Assembly: GCA_964462875.1 (NCBI GenBank)
Contig: CAYWZQ010000010.1
Location: 3,880-67,879, forward strand
Source of the DNA: an uncultured Nitrososphaerota archaeon
Lineage (GTDB): Archaea > Thermoproteota > Methanomethylicia > Culexarchaeales > Culexmicrobiaceae
DNA length: 64,000 nucleotides
Direction: 5' to 3'
The translations under genes and the position numbers were made by a program. The notes beneath the pieces are model-generated. The model searched no databases and was not told the origin of the DNA. It saw only the letters and a program-made list of their open reading frames with translations. Shown here one piece after another: positions 27,542-36,834 of the stretch; the first letter of the stretch is position 1, and the number at the start of each line of letters is the position of its first letter.

Positions 27542-27895
27542 TTAATTCATATTCTCCCGTTTTGAACCATACTCCTTAATTAGAGAAATCATTTTTTCAA
27601 GGTCCGATGTCAAAAAGATCCTACCCTCAACTATTAGAAGAGGTTTAAGTTCCTCGATACTGTTGGGTAGAATATTAGCTATTTGTACTGCCGTAAACCT
27701 TGAAAGTTTGAACTTCTCCATTAACTCATTAACTAGTTCTTCAGCTTGATCTTCACCTATCTTTACCAGCTTAGATGCATAGTCCAATGCAACCCTCTGC
27801 ATTGGTGATAGCTCTCCTTGCTTACTCCTCTCCTCGAGGAAATGCTTTACAAAAGCTATGGTGACTTCTCGCCTATCAAGAATCTTTTTCGGCAA
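27542..27895 (-). CDS. rpoF: DNA-directed RNA polymerase subunit F (Rpo4)
   Basis: 117 aa; sequence and position between rpl21e and DUF655/ksgA match the conserved archaeal cluster. Confidence 0.8.
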   Translation of the reverse strand: MPKKILDRREVTIAFVKHFLEERSKQGELSPMQRVALDYASKLVKIGEDQAEELVNELMEKFKLSRFTAVQIANILPNSIEELKPLLIVEGRIFLTSDLEKMISLIKEYGSKRENMN

Positions 27896-27911
27896 AGCAT
27901 GACCTCCATGA

Positions 27912-28229
27912 TTAAGATATAGATGTACTGGGTCTTACGGGTAAGGGACGTAGATGCTCGGGTCTCACTATTAAAGTCTTCTTTTTATTACCTAGATAGG
28001 TTTCAATGATATATGCTCTCCCTCTTTTACCCATCACTACACCCACTTTTCCGTGGTATCGTCTATGGGGCATACCCCTGTGGACACTGGGGTCAATAAT
28101 TATGACTACCTTTTCTCCAATGCTATACTGATAAAGTATTCTACTTAAAGGAAATAAGCCGCGTTTCCTGGGACTTTTCCGCAACAGTTTTCTAGTTCTA
28201 CTTCGGTATCCATGAGAGTGTTTTACCAA
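27912..28229 (-). CDS. rpl21e: 50S ribosomal protein L21e
   Basis: MVKHSHGYRSRTRKLLRKSPRKRG... Confidence 0.93.
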   Translation of the reverse strand: MVKHSHGYRSRTRKLLRKSPRKRGLFPLSRILYQYSIGEKVVIIIDPSVHRGMPHRRYHGKVGVVMGKRGRAYIIETYLGNKKKTLIVRPEHLRPLPVRPSTSIS

Positions 28230-28312
28230 TTTTTCACCCCGTGTATTGGGTAACCCAGCTTACTGCTAAAGGTATTGCGAAGTCAAACTAATAAATACTT
28301 CCCACTATCAAC

Positions 28313-29644
28313 TCATCCTGCCACATCCAGAACATCCAACTCCACACATTCAGCTCCCGTACCAAGAAAGTCTGCTACGTTAGGTCTAGTTCTACCTTTA
28401 TCTCCATTTATTAGCTCCTTAACGTAAAGACCACCTTGACATCTAATTATCATCTCCACCAAATTCGGTTTCAAGCGCTTAACTTTAAGTTCATAAACTT
28501 TCTTTATTCTAACTCTATCGGCCCGTCTATATAGTACTCTTAAAGGTGTTCTTTGCCGTATCTCCCTATTACGAAAGAATTCTTCAAGCTTTTTTAGCCT
28601 CTCTTCAGAAACCTCGCTTTCCAATTTTACCAGAACTCTATAGGTTTTTTCCACTATTTGGGCCATCATCTTCAACTTTCTAATTTCAGATCTAGTCGCA
28701 AATCTCAGGTCTAAAACCTCAACCTTCCCCTGACCAACCTCATTTATCCGCTGCTCTAGTTTTTTCAGATCTATAAAGCGCTTTTTCGGCTCCTTTATTT
28801 CAATTATAAAGGGCCTACCGCGACCAAGCATTCGAGCATCAATATCTTCTCGCCCAGCTCCATGAAACACTGCCGACTTCCCCAATGTAAGTTCAAGAGA
28901 AGGGCCAGCCACTATTTCTTCAATTGAAATAGGATACTTTTTCCCTGTATAACCGCATTTCTCACATCCAACTCCACCGCAGCTACTACATATCCATTTA
29001 CATTGGGGAATGCCCCGAACTAGCTTCCTATATCTGCCATAAATGAATAGAGGCGACGACTTTACCTTCACCTCTCGGCTTTCAAGATCAACTATAATAA
29101 CTAAATCTGGCGAGAAGAAATCAACCACCTTGCCCGTTAATGACTGAACTTTCTTACCAAGCTCCCTATTAAATTCAGACTTCAAAGATTCACCAAATTC
29201 TAAGTTAAATTCCGACCTTATTGTGTCCTCTCTCTCCACAAGGAGAGGGGGAACATGTGAACCAATAAGAAATGTTGAAAATTCGTATTCAGAAACTGCT
29301 TTCACAACCATGTCAGCTAGCTCATCTAATTCGCTGAAAATGCCACCACAGAGGAAACATGATTTAGTATGAAGCTCATCTACTTTAATGCCTAAGTCAG
29401 TAAGCACATCTTTAGCATACTTGAAAAAACCATTGCTATAAAGAACTCTTAAAATATCCACGCCCCTCTCTTGCTCTCCAATTCTTATTAAGCGATGAGC
29501 CTCCATTGCCAGCAGGAGCTTAATACAAAAACCTCTTTGACTATTGCTCAGTCCTTTAAGCAATAAGGCAAATTGCCTACCCAAACAATTATCACAGAGA
29601 GGGTACTTCTTTAACACTTTGAAAGCAACGTCCGTTAGACTCAT
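28313..29644 (-). CDS. pus10: tRNA pseudouridine(54/55) synthase Pus10
   Basis: N-terminal zinc-binding CDNCLGRQF...CFLCGG, a THUMP-like middle and a C-terminal catalytic domain. MSLTD at 29644 is the preferred start; the track start is 29659. Confidence 0.85.
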   Translation of the reverse strand: MSLTDVAFKVLKKYPLCDNCLGRQFALLLKGLSNSQRGFCIKLLLAMEAHRLIRIGEQERGVDILRVLYSNGFFKYAKDVLTDLGIKVDELHTKSCFLCGGIFSELDELADMVVKAVSEYEFSTFLIGSHVPPLLVEREDTIRSEFNLEFGESLKSEFNRELGKKVQSLTGKVVDFFSPDLVIIVDLESREVKVKSSPLFIYGRYRKLVRGIPQCKWICSSCGGVGCEKCGYTGKKYPISIEEIVAGPSLELTLGKSAVFHGAGREDIDARMLGRGRPFIIEIKEPKKRFIDLKKLEQRINEVGQGKVEVLDLRFATRSEIRKLKMMAQIVEKTYRVLVKLESEVSEERLKKLEEFFRNREIRQRTPLRVLYRRADRVRIKKVYELKVKRLKPNLVEMIIRCQGGLYVKELINGDKGRTRPNVADFLGTGAECVELDVLDVAG

Positions 29645-29662
29645 CGCTTTACACCTCATTGA

Positions 29663-30214
29663 CTAATCGAGCTGTAGCCTGTCGCAGTAGTTATGAATAA
29701 TAACTATTAAGTATTGAGGACTTCGATATGCTTTACTTACCCTAACAGCCATAGCCCCAAACTTTGATAGAATGCTCGCATCTTGCTCGCTTAAAGATGG
29801 ATAGCCAAGGAAGAAGCGAAAACTTCTTGGTAATCTTATATCGCTCAATCTAGCTCCTTTACTACCATGATAGAACATTTTAAAACCACCCTTAACTAGA
29901 GTATCAATCGAAGCCTTACCAGCAAAAATTCCAGGAGAGAGCTCCATAGTTTTTCGAGTATTTTTAAGAGAAAGCCTCCTAATGACCTTCCTAATTACGC
30001 CAAAATTGGATTGCTCATCAGGTCTTATATATTTTAATCTTCGAGGTTCAAACCTAAGGAATATGTTATCGGAAAAGAGAATTGTGAGCCTAGAATTTAA
30101 TCTTATGCCATGTGATATGAGAAGAGCAGATACTATACAACTTGAAACAACATGAAAAAAGCTAGCTAAAGCCTCTCTTGCTGTTGCTTGAAACTTAACT
30201 ATAAACTCCCTAAT
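29663..30214 (-). CDS. trmY: tRNA (pseudouridine54-N1)-methyltransferase TrmY (DUF358, SPOUT); apparent non-canonical ATT start
   Basis: The track gives only the C-terminal 94 aa (29663..29947). The same frame is open for 89 more codons reading (I)[15 protein letters not shown]...SALLISHGIRLNSRLTILFSD...IRPDEQSNFGVIRKV. This matches my recollection of the TrmY N-terminus (MREFI..., SHxIR, PDER). There is no ATG/GTG/TTG in that stretch. Confidence 0.7.
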   Translation of the reverse strand: MREFIVKFQATAREALASFFHVVSSCIVSALLISHGIRLNSRLTILFSDNIFLRFEPRRLKYIRPDEQSNFGVIRKVIRRLSLKNTRKTMELSPGIFAGKASIDTLVKGGFKMFYHGSKGARLSDIRLPRSFRFFLGYPSLSEQDASILSKFGAMAVRVSKAYRSPQYLIVIIHNYCDRLQLD

Positions 30215-31556
30215 TAAAGTCCCCCCAGATTCCGCCCTTAAAATGTCTGAAATATCTTGCGCGCCTCTTGAACTGCTTAATCAACTTTCTCATTAACCTG
30301 TACTGTTCAAGTAACTCCCTAACATCCTTTATAGTAGTTCCAGAGCCAATGGCTATTCTCCTCATCCTAGATCGATCTATTATTTCGGGTTTTTCTAGCT
30401 CCTCTCCGGTCATGGACTGCATTATTGCAATGAACTTCTTTAGCTTTTCTTCAGAAAACTCCTCAAAACCTTCAGGCATCATGTAGCTAAATCCTGGAAG
30501 TAATTTGAGAAGTTTGCTTAATGGACCCATCCTCCTAATGGCCTTTAATTGTTCAAGTAAATCTCTTAGCGTAAACCTACCGGAAAGAAATTTCTGAGCT
30601 ATATCCATTGAAAGCGTTGCTTGTGCAGCCTTTACTTTTTCAACTAAGGATTCCAAATCACCCATACCAAGTAGCCTACTAACAAAGCGTGCGGGATTAA
30701 ACACTTCTATTTCATCAACTTTCTCCCCTACACCTATGAATTTTATAGGTGCACCTGTTGCTGCAACAGCGGATAATGCACCACCCCCTCTAGCAGAACC
30801 ATCGAGCTTAGTTACAAATATTGACCCTATACTTGTAGCTTCATGAAATGCTTTGGCTTGAATCATTGCTTGCTGACCAATTGTTCCATCTATAACAAGC
30901 ATTATCTCGTTTGGCTTAATAGCTGAGGCCATCAACTTCATTTCCTCAATTAACTCTTTTTCTTCCTTATGCCTACCAGCAGTGTCAATTATTATTACAT
31001 CAAGTCCCTCAGATCTGAATTTCTTTACTCCTCTAATAGCCAGCTCAATGGCACTGCTTGAATGCTCCTCTCCATATACTGGCACCCCAATTTGTTCACC
31101 TAACTGCTTTAATTGGGCCAATGCTCCAGGCCTGTAGTTATCGGCACAGACTAGTGCAACTCTCAATCCCCGCTTCTTATAAAAGAGAGCTAGCTTGGCA
31201 GCGGATGTCGTCTTACCGGAACCTTGAATTCCAACTAACATTATAATGTAAGGTCTCTTTCCACTTGGCATTACTTTAGGTGCACTTTCTCCACCAAGCA
31301 AGTTGACTAGCTCATCATAGACGATTTTAATCAGCAACTCTCTCCTTGAAATGCCTGGAGGGAGAGTTTCCTTAATGAAGCGCTCTTCTATTCTTCTCGA
31401 TAATTGGAAGACCAGCTTAACGTTTACATCGGCTTGAAGAAGAGCTCTTTGTACGTCCCTAATCAACTCCCTAACAACTCTTTCATCAACTATTGGAGCA
31501 CGCATTACTTTCCTCAATGCATTTCTCATCGCCGAGCCGAGACTTTCAAGTACCAT
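30210..31556 (-). CDS. srp54: Signal recognition particle protein SRP54
   Basis: [14 protein letters not shown]..., [19 protein letters not shown], and a Met-rich M domain. ATG 31556 is preferred over 31571. Confidence 0.95.
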   Translation of the reverse strand: MVLESLGSAMRNALRKVMRAPIVDERVVRELIRDVQRALLQADVNVKLVFQLSRRIEERFIKETLPPGISRRELLIKIVYDELVNLLGGESAPKVMPSGKRPYIIMLVGIQGSGKTTSAAKLALFYKKRGLRVALVCADNYRPGALAQLKQLGEQIGVPVYGEEHSSSAIELAIRGVKKFRSEGLDVIIIDTAGRHKEEKELIEEMKLMASAIKPNEIMLVIDGTIGQQAMIQAKAFHEATSIGSIFVTKLDGSARGGGALSAVAATGAPIKFIGVGEKVDEIEVFNPARFVSRLLGMGDLESLVEKVKAAQATLSMDIAQKFLSGRFTLRDLLEQLKAIRRMGPLSKLLKLLPGFSYMMPEGFEEFSEEKLKKFIAIMQSMTGEELEKPEIIDRSRMRRIAIGSGTTIKDVRELLEQYRLMRKLIKQFKRRARYFRHFKGGIWGDFN

Positions 31557-31683
31557 CAAGAAATCCTCCACTATACTCAGATGACTTAAGGCAAGGATGA
31601 AAATTAATTTTACCTATTCAATTTCAATTAAGATATGTTGGCGCAACTTAGTTGTGGACAGGTAATTGCTAACGGTGAAATAG

Positions 31684-32379
31684 ATGAGACTTGCAGCTCT
31701 ATTCAGTGGCGGAAAAGATTCAACATATGCAATATACTATGCAGTTAACCAGGGATGGGAAATTAGATATCTAATAACAGCAATACCGAAGCGAGAATAC
31801 GAATCTTTCATGTGGCATTATCCGACAATTAAGTGGACAAAAGTCCAAGCAGACGCCATGGGAATAAAACAGCTTCAGGTTGAAGTATCATCAAGGGATG
31901 AAATGAAGGAAATAGTTGAAGTACTATCCGAGCTGAAGAAGAAAGAGGAAATTGAAGGCCTAATCTCAGGGGTCATAGCCTCTGATTATCAGAAAAACCG
32001 CTTAGACATGCTTTGCGAGGACCTAAATTTGAAGCTAATAGCACCTTTATGGCAAAAGGATCCCTTAATGCTACTCAATGAGATCATCAACTCAAATTTT
32101 AGGGTAATAGTAGTAAGCGCTTCAGCATATGGGTTTACAAAGGAGTGGCTCGGTAAGGAGCTAAATAAAAGAACTGTTGCAGAGCTTAAGGAGCTGCATA
32201 GGAAGTATAAAATACATCCCTGTGGTGAGGGAGGAGAATTTGAGACATTCGTATATGATTGCCCGCTTTTTCATAAAAAACTGGAGATAGTAGACTATGA
32301 AATTGTGTGGTACAGATACTCGGGGGCTCTAATTATTAAGAAAATTGCAATGCATAAAAAACACGGCAATCAAGCATAG
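31684..32379 (+). CDS. Diphthine-ammonia ligase-like PP-loop ATPase (MJ0570/Dph6 family)
   Basis: MRLAALFSGGKDSTYAIYYA...GEGGEFETFV. Confidence 0.75.
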   Translation: MRLAALFSGGKDSTYAIYYAVNQGWEIRYLITAIPKREYESFMWHYPTIKWTKVQADAMGIKQLQVEVSSRDEMKEIVEVLSELKKKEEIEGLISGVIASDYQKNRLDMLCEDLNLKLIAPLWQKDPLMLLNEIINSNFRVIVVSASAYGFTKEWLGKELNKRTVAELKELHRKYKIHPCGEGGEFETFVYDCPLFHKKLEIVDYEIVWYRYSGALIIKKIAMHKKHGNQA

Positions 32380-32408
32380 ATTAATAGCAGTTTAATTTCA
32401 CTTTCACC

Positions 32409-33734
32409 TCATGTAAATAGCTTTTCCAGTTCATGGCTTATATAGTTGATAATATTATCTGCATTCACATTCGTGAAAGATCCGTTTAAAAGAAGAGGCC
32501 TTCCATTGACTATAACATCAGAAACATTGTATCCACATGCAGAATACACTAGATGCGAAATAATAGTTGATGATGAATGTACTGGTTGTAAGTTTATGGA
32601 GTTCGCATTAAGTAATACGATGTCCGCAGACCCACCTTCACATATTTGACCGAGAACATTATTGAAACCTAAAATCCTCGCCCCATTAATTGTTGCAAAG
32701 TCTAGCACTAGTTGTGCATTTGCTACTGTAGGATCCCATCTATGGTGTTTATGTATTAAAGCACAAAATTTCATTGTCTGGAACATGTCTAGGGAGTTAT
32801 TGCTAGCGGGACCATCAGTTCCCAACCCTACTTTAATCCCTGCTCTTAACATCTCAATTAATGGCATCACTCCACCGACAGCCAACTTCATATTGGATAT
32901 GGGGCAATGGACAACACTAACATCATACTCTCTAAGCAGACTAATTTCATTTTTAGAAAGCCATACACAGTGGACAGCCATTAATTTTACATCGCGCGAT
33001 AAGAAGCCCATGCTAGCTAAGTATTCAACTTCCCGCCTACCATATTTCTTCTCAAACTCCACCTGTTCTCTTCTAGTTTCTGCTAAGTGAATTTGTATTG
33101 GGATGTTTTCCTTAAGGGCTAGCTCCTTACATGATAGCAATAGTTCAGGGGAGCATGTATATGGAGCATGAGTACCTATACCACCACGTATGTTTGGGTA
33201 ATATTGCTTAATTGCTGAAAGAAAATGTCTGATCTCTTTAAGAGATTTTTCTCTTAAATCAGAATTAAAATTATCTAAAACACCTATCATGATAAGGGCT
33301 TTTAAGCCGACTTGATTTGCTGCTTTAGCTATCTCCAATGGATGCCAATACATATCAACAAAAAATGTCGTTCCGGTCCTAATCATTTCAAGACATGATA
33401 GCAGAGCACCAAGATAGCAGAGTTTGGGTGTTAATTTCCTCTCAATTGGCCAAATCTTCTTTTCTAGCCACTCCATCAACGGCATGTCATCAGCATAACC
33501 TCTAAGCAGAGACATTGGAGAATGCGTGTGTAAATTTATAAGGCCAGGAATGCAGATTTTGTTTTCCCCATTTATAATATAATCAGCTTCAACAGATATT
33601 TTTTCAGAAATTTCAGTTATTAAACCATTCTCTATATAAATAGACTTATTTTTAAGTATCTTTCTTTCTTTATCTTGGGTTATTATCCATTTGCATTTTT
33701 TTATTAAAACACTTTGACCCAACATTAAGCTCAC
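32409..33734 (-). CDS. mtaD: Amidohydrolase, 5'-methylthioadenosine/S-adenosylhomocysteine deaminase-like
   Basis: GLINLHTHSPMSLLRGYADDMPLMEWL, HLAET, GTDG motifs of the chlorohydrolase/MtaD family. Confidence 0.75.
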   Translation of the reverse strand: MSLMLGQSVLIKKCKWIITQDKERKILKNKSIYIENGLITEISEKISVEADYIINGENKICIPGLINLHTHSPMSLLRGYADDMPLMEWLEKKIWPIERKLTPKLCYLGALLSCLEMIRTGTTFFVDMYWHPLEIAKAANQVGLKALIMIGVLDNFNSDLREKSLKEIRHFLSAIKQYYPNIRGGIGTHAPYTCSPELLLSCKELALKENIPIQIHLAETRREQVEFEKKYGRREVEYLASMGFLSRDVKLMAVHCVWLSKNEISLLREYDVSVVHCPISNMKLAVGGVMPLIEMLRAGIKVGLGTDGPASNNSLDMFQTMKFCALIHKHHRWDPTVANAQLVLDFATINGARILGFNNVLGQICEGGSADIVLLNANSINLQPVHSSSTIISHLVYSACGYNVSDVIVNGRPLLLNGSFTNVNADNIINYISHELEKLFT

Positions 33735-33840
33735 CGATATATTTTCAACATGATAACCGAAAAGCTCTTTTACTGCTATAAACAGTGGGGCATGCGATGA
33801 AGAGCAGTTATTGCCTTAATAAGATTGCAATGATACGTGC

Positions 33841-34245
33841 TTATCCCTTAACTCTCATTATCTTAACTCTTTCCATGATTTTCCAGTACTCTACTTCAAC
33901 CCCCGGTGATAGCTTTGACTTTATGTCTTCTTCGGTTGGTTGAGGTATTTCAAATGTTTCATACGTCTCCATATCCATTATTTGAACTCCATGAGGTGAA
34001 ATCGATATTATTTGTCCAGTTCTCTTTTCTATAACTGGAACTTCAACTTGTGCATCTGCTGGCCCAACGAAGGTTCTCTTTACGCCATCAAATATTCCTA
34101 GCGCAACTATTCGAACTTTAGCTGAGCCATGCTTTCCTGGCTTCGATTTCTCTGAGCTAACAATCTTGCAAGGCTCTCCGTCAATTATTATGAAAGAGCC
34201 AGGCTTTAGGCTTCCAGCTTCTGCAGGCCTCTTCAAGCTCAACAC
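33841..34245 (-). CDS. eif5a: Translation initiation factor 5A (aIF5A)
   Basis: [21 protein letters not shown] hypusine-loop motif; GTG start. Confidence 0.93.
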   Translation of the reverse strand: MLSLKRPAEAGSLKPGSFIIIDGEPCKIVSSEKSKPGKHGSAKVRIVALGIFDGVKRTFVGPADAQVEVPVIEKRTGQIISISPHGVQIMDMETYETFEIPQPTEEDIKSKLSPGVEVEYWKIMERVKIMRVKG

Positions 34246-34327
34246 CTATACATCAATAATTTAAAATATCCTTAAAAGTATTTAGCTGACAGTGGAGAAG
34301 GAATTTCAATAATAAAATGGTGACAAA

Positions 34328-35167
34328 ATGAAACTGAATATAGTGGGTATAATTGCCAGACTTGACTCAAGTGAAGCGATAAGAGCTGCTAAGAAAATAA
34401 CATATAGCCTTCTAGAGAGAAATGTAAAACCAATTCTCGAAGAGAAACTCGCGGAAGAAATAGGCTGGAAAGGAGAGGCTCGGAGCATTGAGAAAATGGA
34501 TGTAGATTTAGTGATTGTCATTGGCGGAGATGGAACAGTTCTTAGAACAGCTAGACTTCTAAGTAAGTTAAAAACTCCCATACTAGCAGTAAATGCAGGA
34601 ACTCTAGGCTTTTTATCAGAAGTGGATGTTGACGGCTTAAATGAAGCTATCGACCTACTAATGAAGAATGCATATACCGTAGAGCAGTGCAGTAGAATAA
34701 AAGCTGTTATTAATGGAGAAGAGATGGGAGACGCATTAAATGAGATAACGATAATAACCGAGGAGCCAGTTAAAGTTTTAAACTTGATTGTGAAGAAAAA
34801 TGATGAAACTATTTTCTCTGGTCGAGCAGATGGACTAATAATTGCCACCAAAACCGGTTCAACAGCATATGCGCTGTCAGCTGGCGGCCCTATAATAGAC
34901 CCTGAACTCGATGTATTCGTTATAGTATTGCTCTGCCCGCTCAAGATCTATCAAAGACCACTGGTAATACCTTCAACGGCTAGATTAAGCATATTAATTG
35001 CTGAGGACGGTTCAAATGCTCTAGTAGTCGCTGATGGTCAAGTTAGAAGAAAAGCCTCAATTGGGTCAGTAGTAACTATTGAGAAAAGCGGAAACAAGAG
35101 CTACTTTATTAGATTCGGCAAGAGTTTTTACAAAAGGCTAAGAGAGAGGATGATTAAAGATGTATAA
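34328..35167 (+). CDS. nadK: NAD kinase
   Basis: DLVIVIGGDGTVLRTAR, NAGTLGFL, TGSTAYALSAGGPI. Confidence 0.9.
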   Translation: MKLNIVGIIARLDSSEAIRAAKKITYSLLERNVKPILEEKLAEEIGWKGEARSIEKMDVDLVIVIGGDGTVLRTARLLSKLKTPILAVNAGTLGFLSEVDVDGLNEAIDLLMKNAYTVEQCSRIKAVINGEEMGDALNEITIITEEPVKVLNLIVKKNDETIFSGRADGLIIATKTGSTAYALSAGGPIIDPELDVFVIVLLCPLKIYQRPLVIPSTARLSILIAEDGSNALVVADGQVRRKASIGSVVTIEKSGNKSYFIRFGKSFYKRLRERMIKDV

Positions 35168-35669
35168 GGGCAATCGAATTGTAGTGCTAGATTCATCAGC
35201 CATAATTAATGGCTATGACCCTTCATCGACCATGCTAAGGCATTTCATCAGTAGTAAAGCAGCTGAAGAAATAAAAGATTATAATTCCAAAGCAAAAATT
35301 CAAAGAGCAGTAGAAATTGGAAAGCTAACAGTAAAGACAGCGAAATATGAATTCATAGAGGAGGTGAAGAAAGCCGCATTAGAAACTGGAGATCTACATT
35401 ATTTATCTGAAGCAGATATAGAAACATTGGCAATAGCACTCGAATGCGTTAGAAAAGGTATGAAAGTCGTAATACTAACTGATGATTATTCTATCCAAAA
35501 TGTTGCAAACCATCTTCAAATAGAAACACGGTCAGTAATGATGAAGGGTATAAGCAAGAAAATTATTTGGATAAGATATTGCCCTTCATGTGGCGCTACA
35601 TATGGCGTAGAGAACATTGATGAATGCAGGATATGCGGAAGCAAATTAAAAAGAAAACCTAAAGCCTAA
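35160..35669 (+). CDS. nob1: Nob1-like PIN endonuclease with C-terminal zinc ribbon (pre-16S rRNA 3' end processing)
   Basis: PIN N-terminus (VVLDSSAIING), TDDYSIQNVA, CPSCGATY...CRICGSKL. Confidence 0.8.
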   Translation: MYKGNRIVVLDSSAIINGYDPSSTMLRHFISSKAAEEIKDYNSKAKIQRAVEIGKLTVKTAKYEFIEEVKKAALETGDLHYLSEADIETLAIALECVRKGMKVVILTDDYSIQNVANHLQIETRSVMMKGISKKIIWIRYCPSCGATYGVENIDECRICGSKLKRKPKA

Positions 35670-36834
35670 CAAATCGAGCAATAAAATACCCTGGTGAATC
35701 ATGTATGTCGGGGTAGAATCTCTGCAAAAAATTGTTCTGAGGAATGAGTGAGAGGCCTGGTGCACCGATACGTATTGGTTGCTCATCCAGCTCAAGAGGA
35801 TATCTCTCCAGCACCTTCTCCACTAATAACTCATTTTCTTCAGCTGTAAAAGTACAGGTAGAGTAAACAATTACACCACCAGGTTTAATCACATTAACAG
35901 CGGCTTCAAAGAATTGCAACTGGTAGTTTGAACATGAAATTACGTCAAGGGAGCTCTTGGATTCAAAAATTTTTGGTCTTACTCCAAGAGCTGAGCATGG
36001 AGGATCTATTAGAACTCTATCAGCCTTTAGCGCTGGAAAGTCTCTATGTATATAGCGAGAATCACTTAGCATAACGACGATGTTTTTAGCCCCCAATCTT
36101 TTGATGTTTTCCAGCAATTTACGTATCCTAGACCTTGAATTGTCAAAGGCATATATTCTACCAGTATTACCCATTAGCTGGGCTAAGTGCGTGGTCTTTC
36201 CGCCGGGGGCCGCACACATATCCACTATTACTTCTCCAGGACGGGGAGCAACTATTAAGCTCGTTAGCATTGCAGGAATACTTTGCTCATATATCAACCC
36301 ATTTAAGTACTCAGGAAGCTCTCTAAGTGAAATACACTTGTATCTAGATACTTCGATTTTCACGGCCAAACCTCTTCTTAGCCTAACCATGTCATCGCCA
36401 CTCATCACCGCCATGCCATAAGCTATGGGATTACCAAACTCATCAACTATCGTCACTTTATCTCCAAGTTTCACCCTCTCGGCACGAATTATACCTGGAG
36501 CATAGAGTTGCGCCCCTAGCATGACGCTTTCTGCAGCAAATTTATCTACGACGACTTTCTTGGGGACAACGGGTATGTCAAATGGTCCCTCAACTTTAAT
36601 TAGCATTGCCTCTTCTAACATGCTATGCTGTTTCACATATATGCCCCGGAGACCCAAATCATGAATTAGCTGTTCAGGAGAAATCTTCATCGTATTAACC
36701 CTAAAACTATAATACTTCGGGGGTCGGCCTAGGCTGGCTATAATGCTGCTCAATCGCTTTTCATCGAAGTATTGGAGCAGTAATTTAACTAGATCCTTAG
36801 GGTAACTTTCCAAGAGCATAAGGCACTTCATCAC
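35659..36834 (-). CDS. NOL1/NOP2/Sun-family RNA cytosine-C5 methyltransferase with PUA domain
   Basis: DMCAAPGGKTTHLAQLM, DPPCSALG, TCT motifs; PUA-like middle region. 4-nt overlap with mvhA. Confidence 0.85.
   Translation of the reverse strand: MMKCLMLLESYPKDLVKLLLQYFDEKRLSSIIASLGRPPKYYSFRVNTMKISPEQLIHDLGLRGIYVKQHSMLEEAMLIKVEGPFDIPVVPKKVVVDKFAAESVMLGAQLYAPGIIRAERVKLGDKVTIVDEFGNPIAYGMAVMSGDDMVRLRRGLAVKIEVSRYKCISLRELPEYLNGLIYEQSIPAMLTSLIVAPRPGEVIVDMCAAPGGKTTHLAQLMGNTGRIYAFDNSRSRIRKLLENIKRLGAKNIVVMLSDSRYIHRDFPALKADRVLIDPPCSALGVRPKIFESKSSLDVISCSNYQLQFFEAAVNVIKPGGVIVYSTCTFTAEENELLVEKVLERYPLELDEQPIRIGAPGLSLIPQNNFLQRFYPDIHDSPGYFIARFVRL

Noticed and set aside
34306-34944. 212-aa Ser/Ile-rich ORF antisense to nadK; similar long antisense ORFs occur at 517..981, 9487..9984, 32662..33090, 57021..57485, 24436..24747 and elsewhere
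   Set aside because: They have low-complexity translations and lie opposite genes with clear family motifs. This is the typical shadow-ORF artefact of AT-rich coding DNA.
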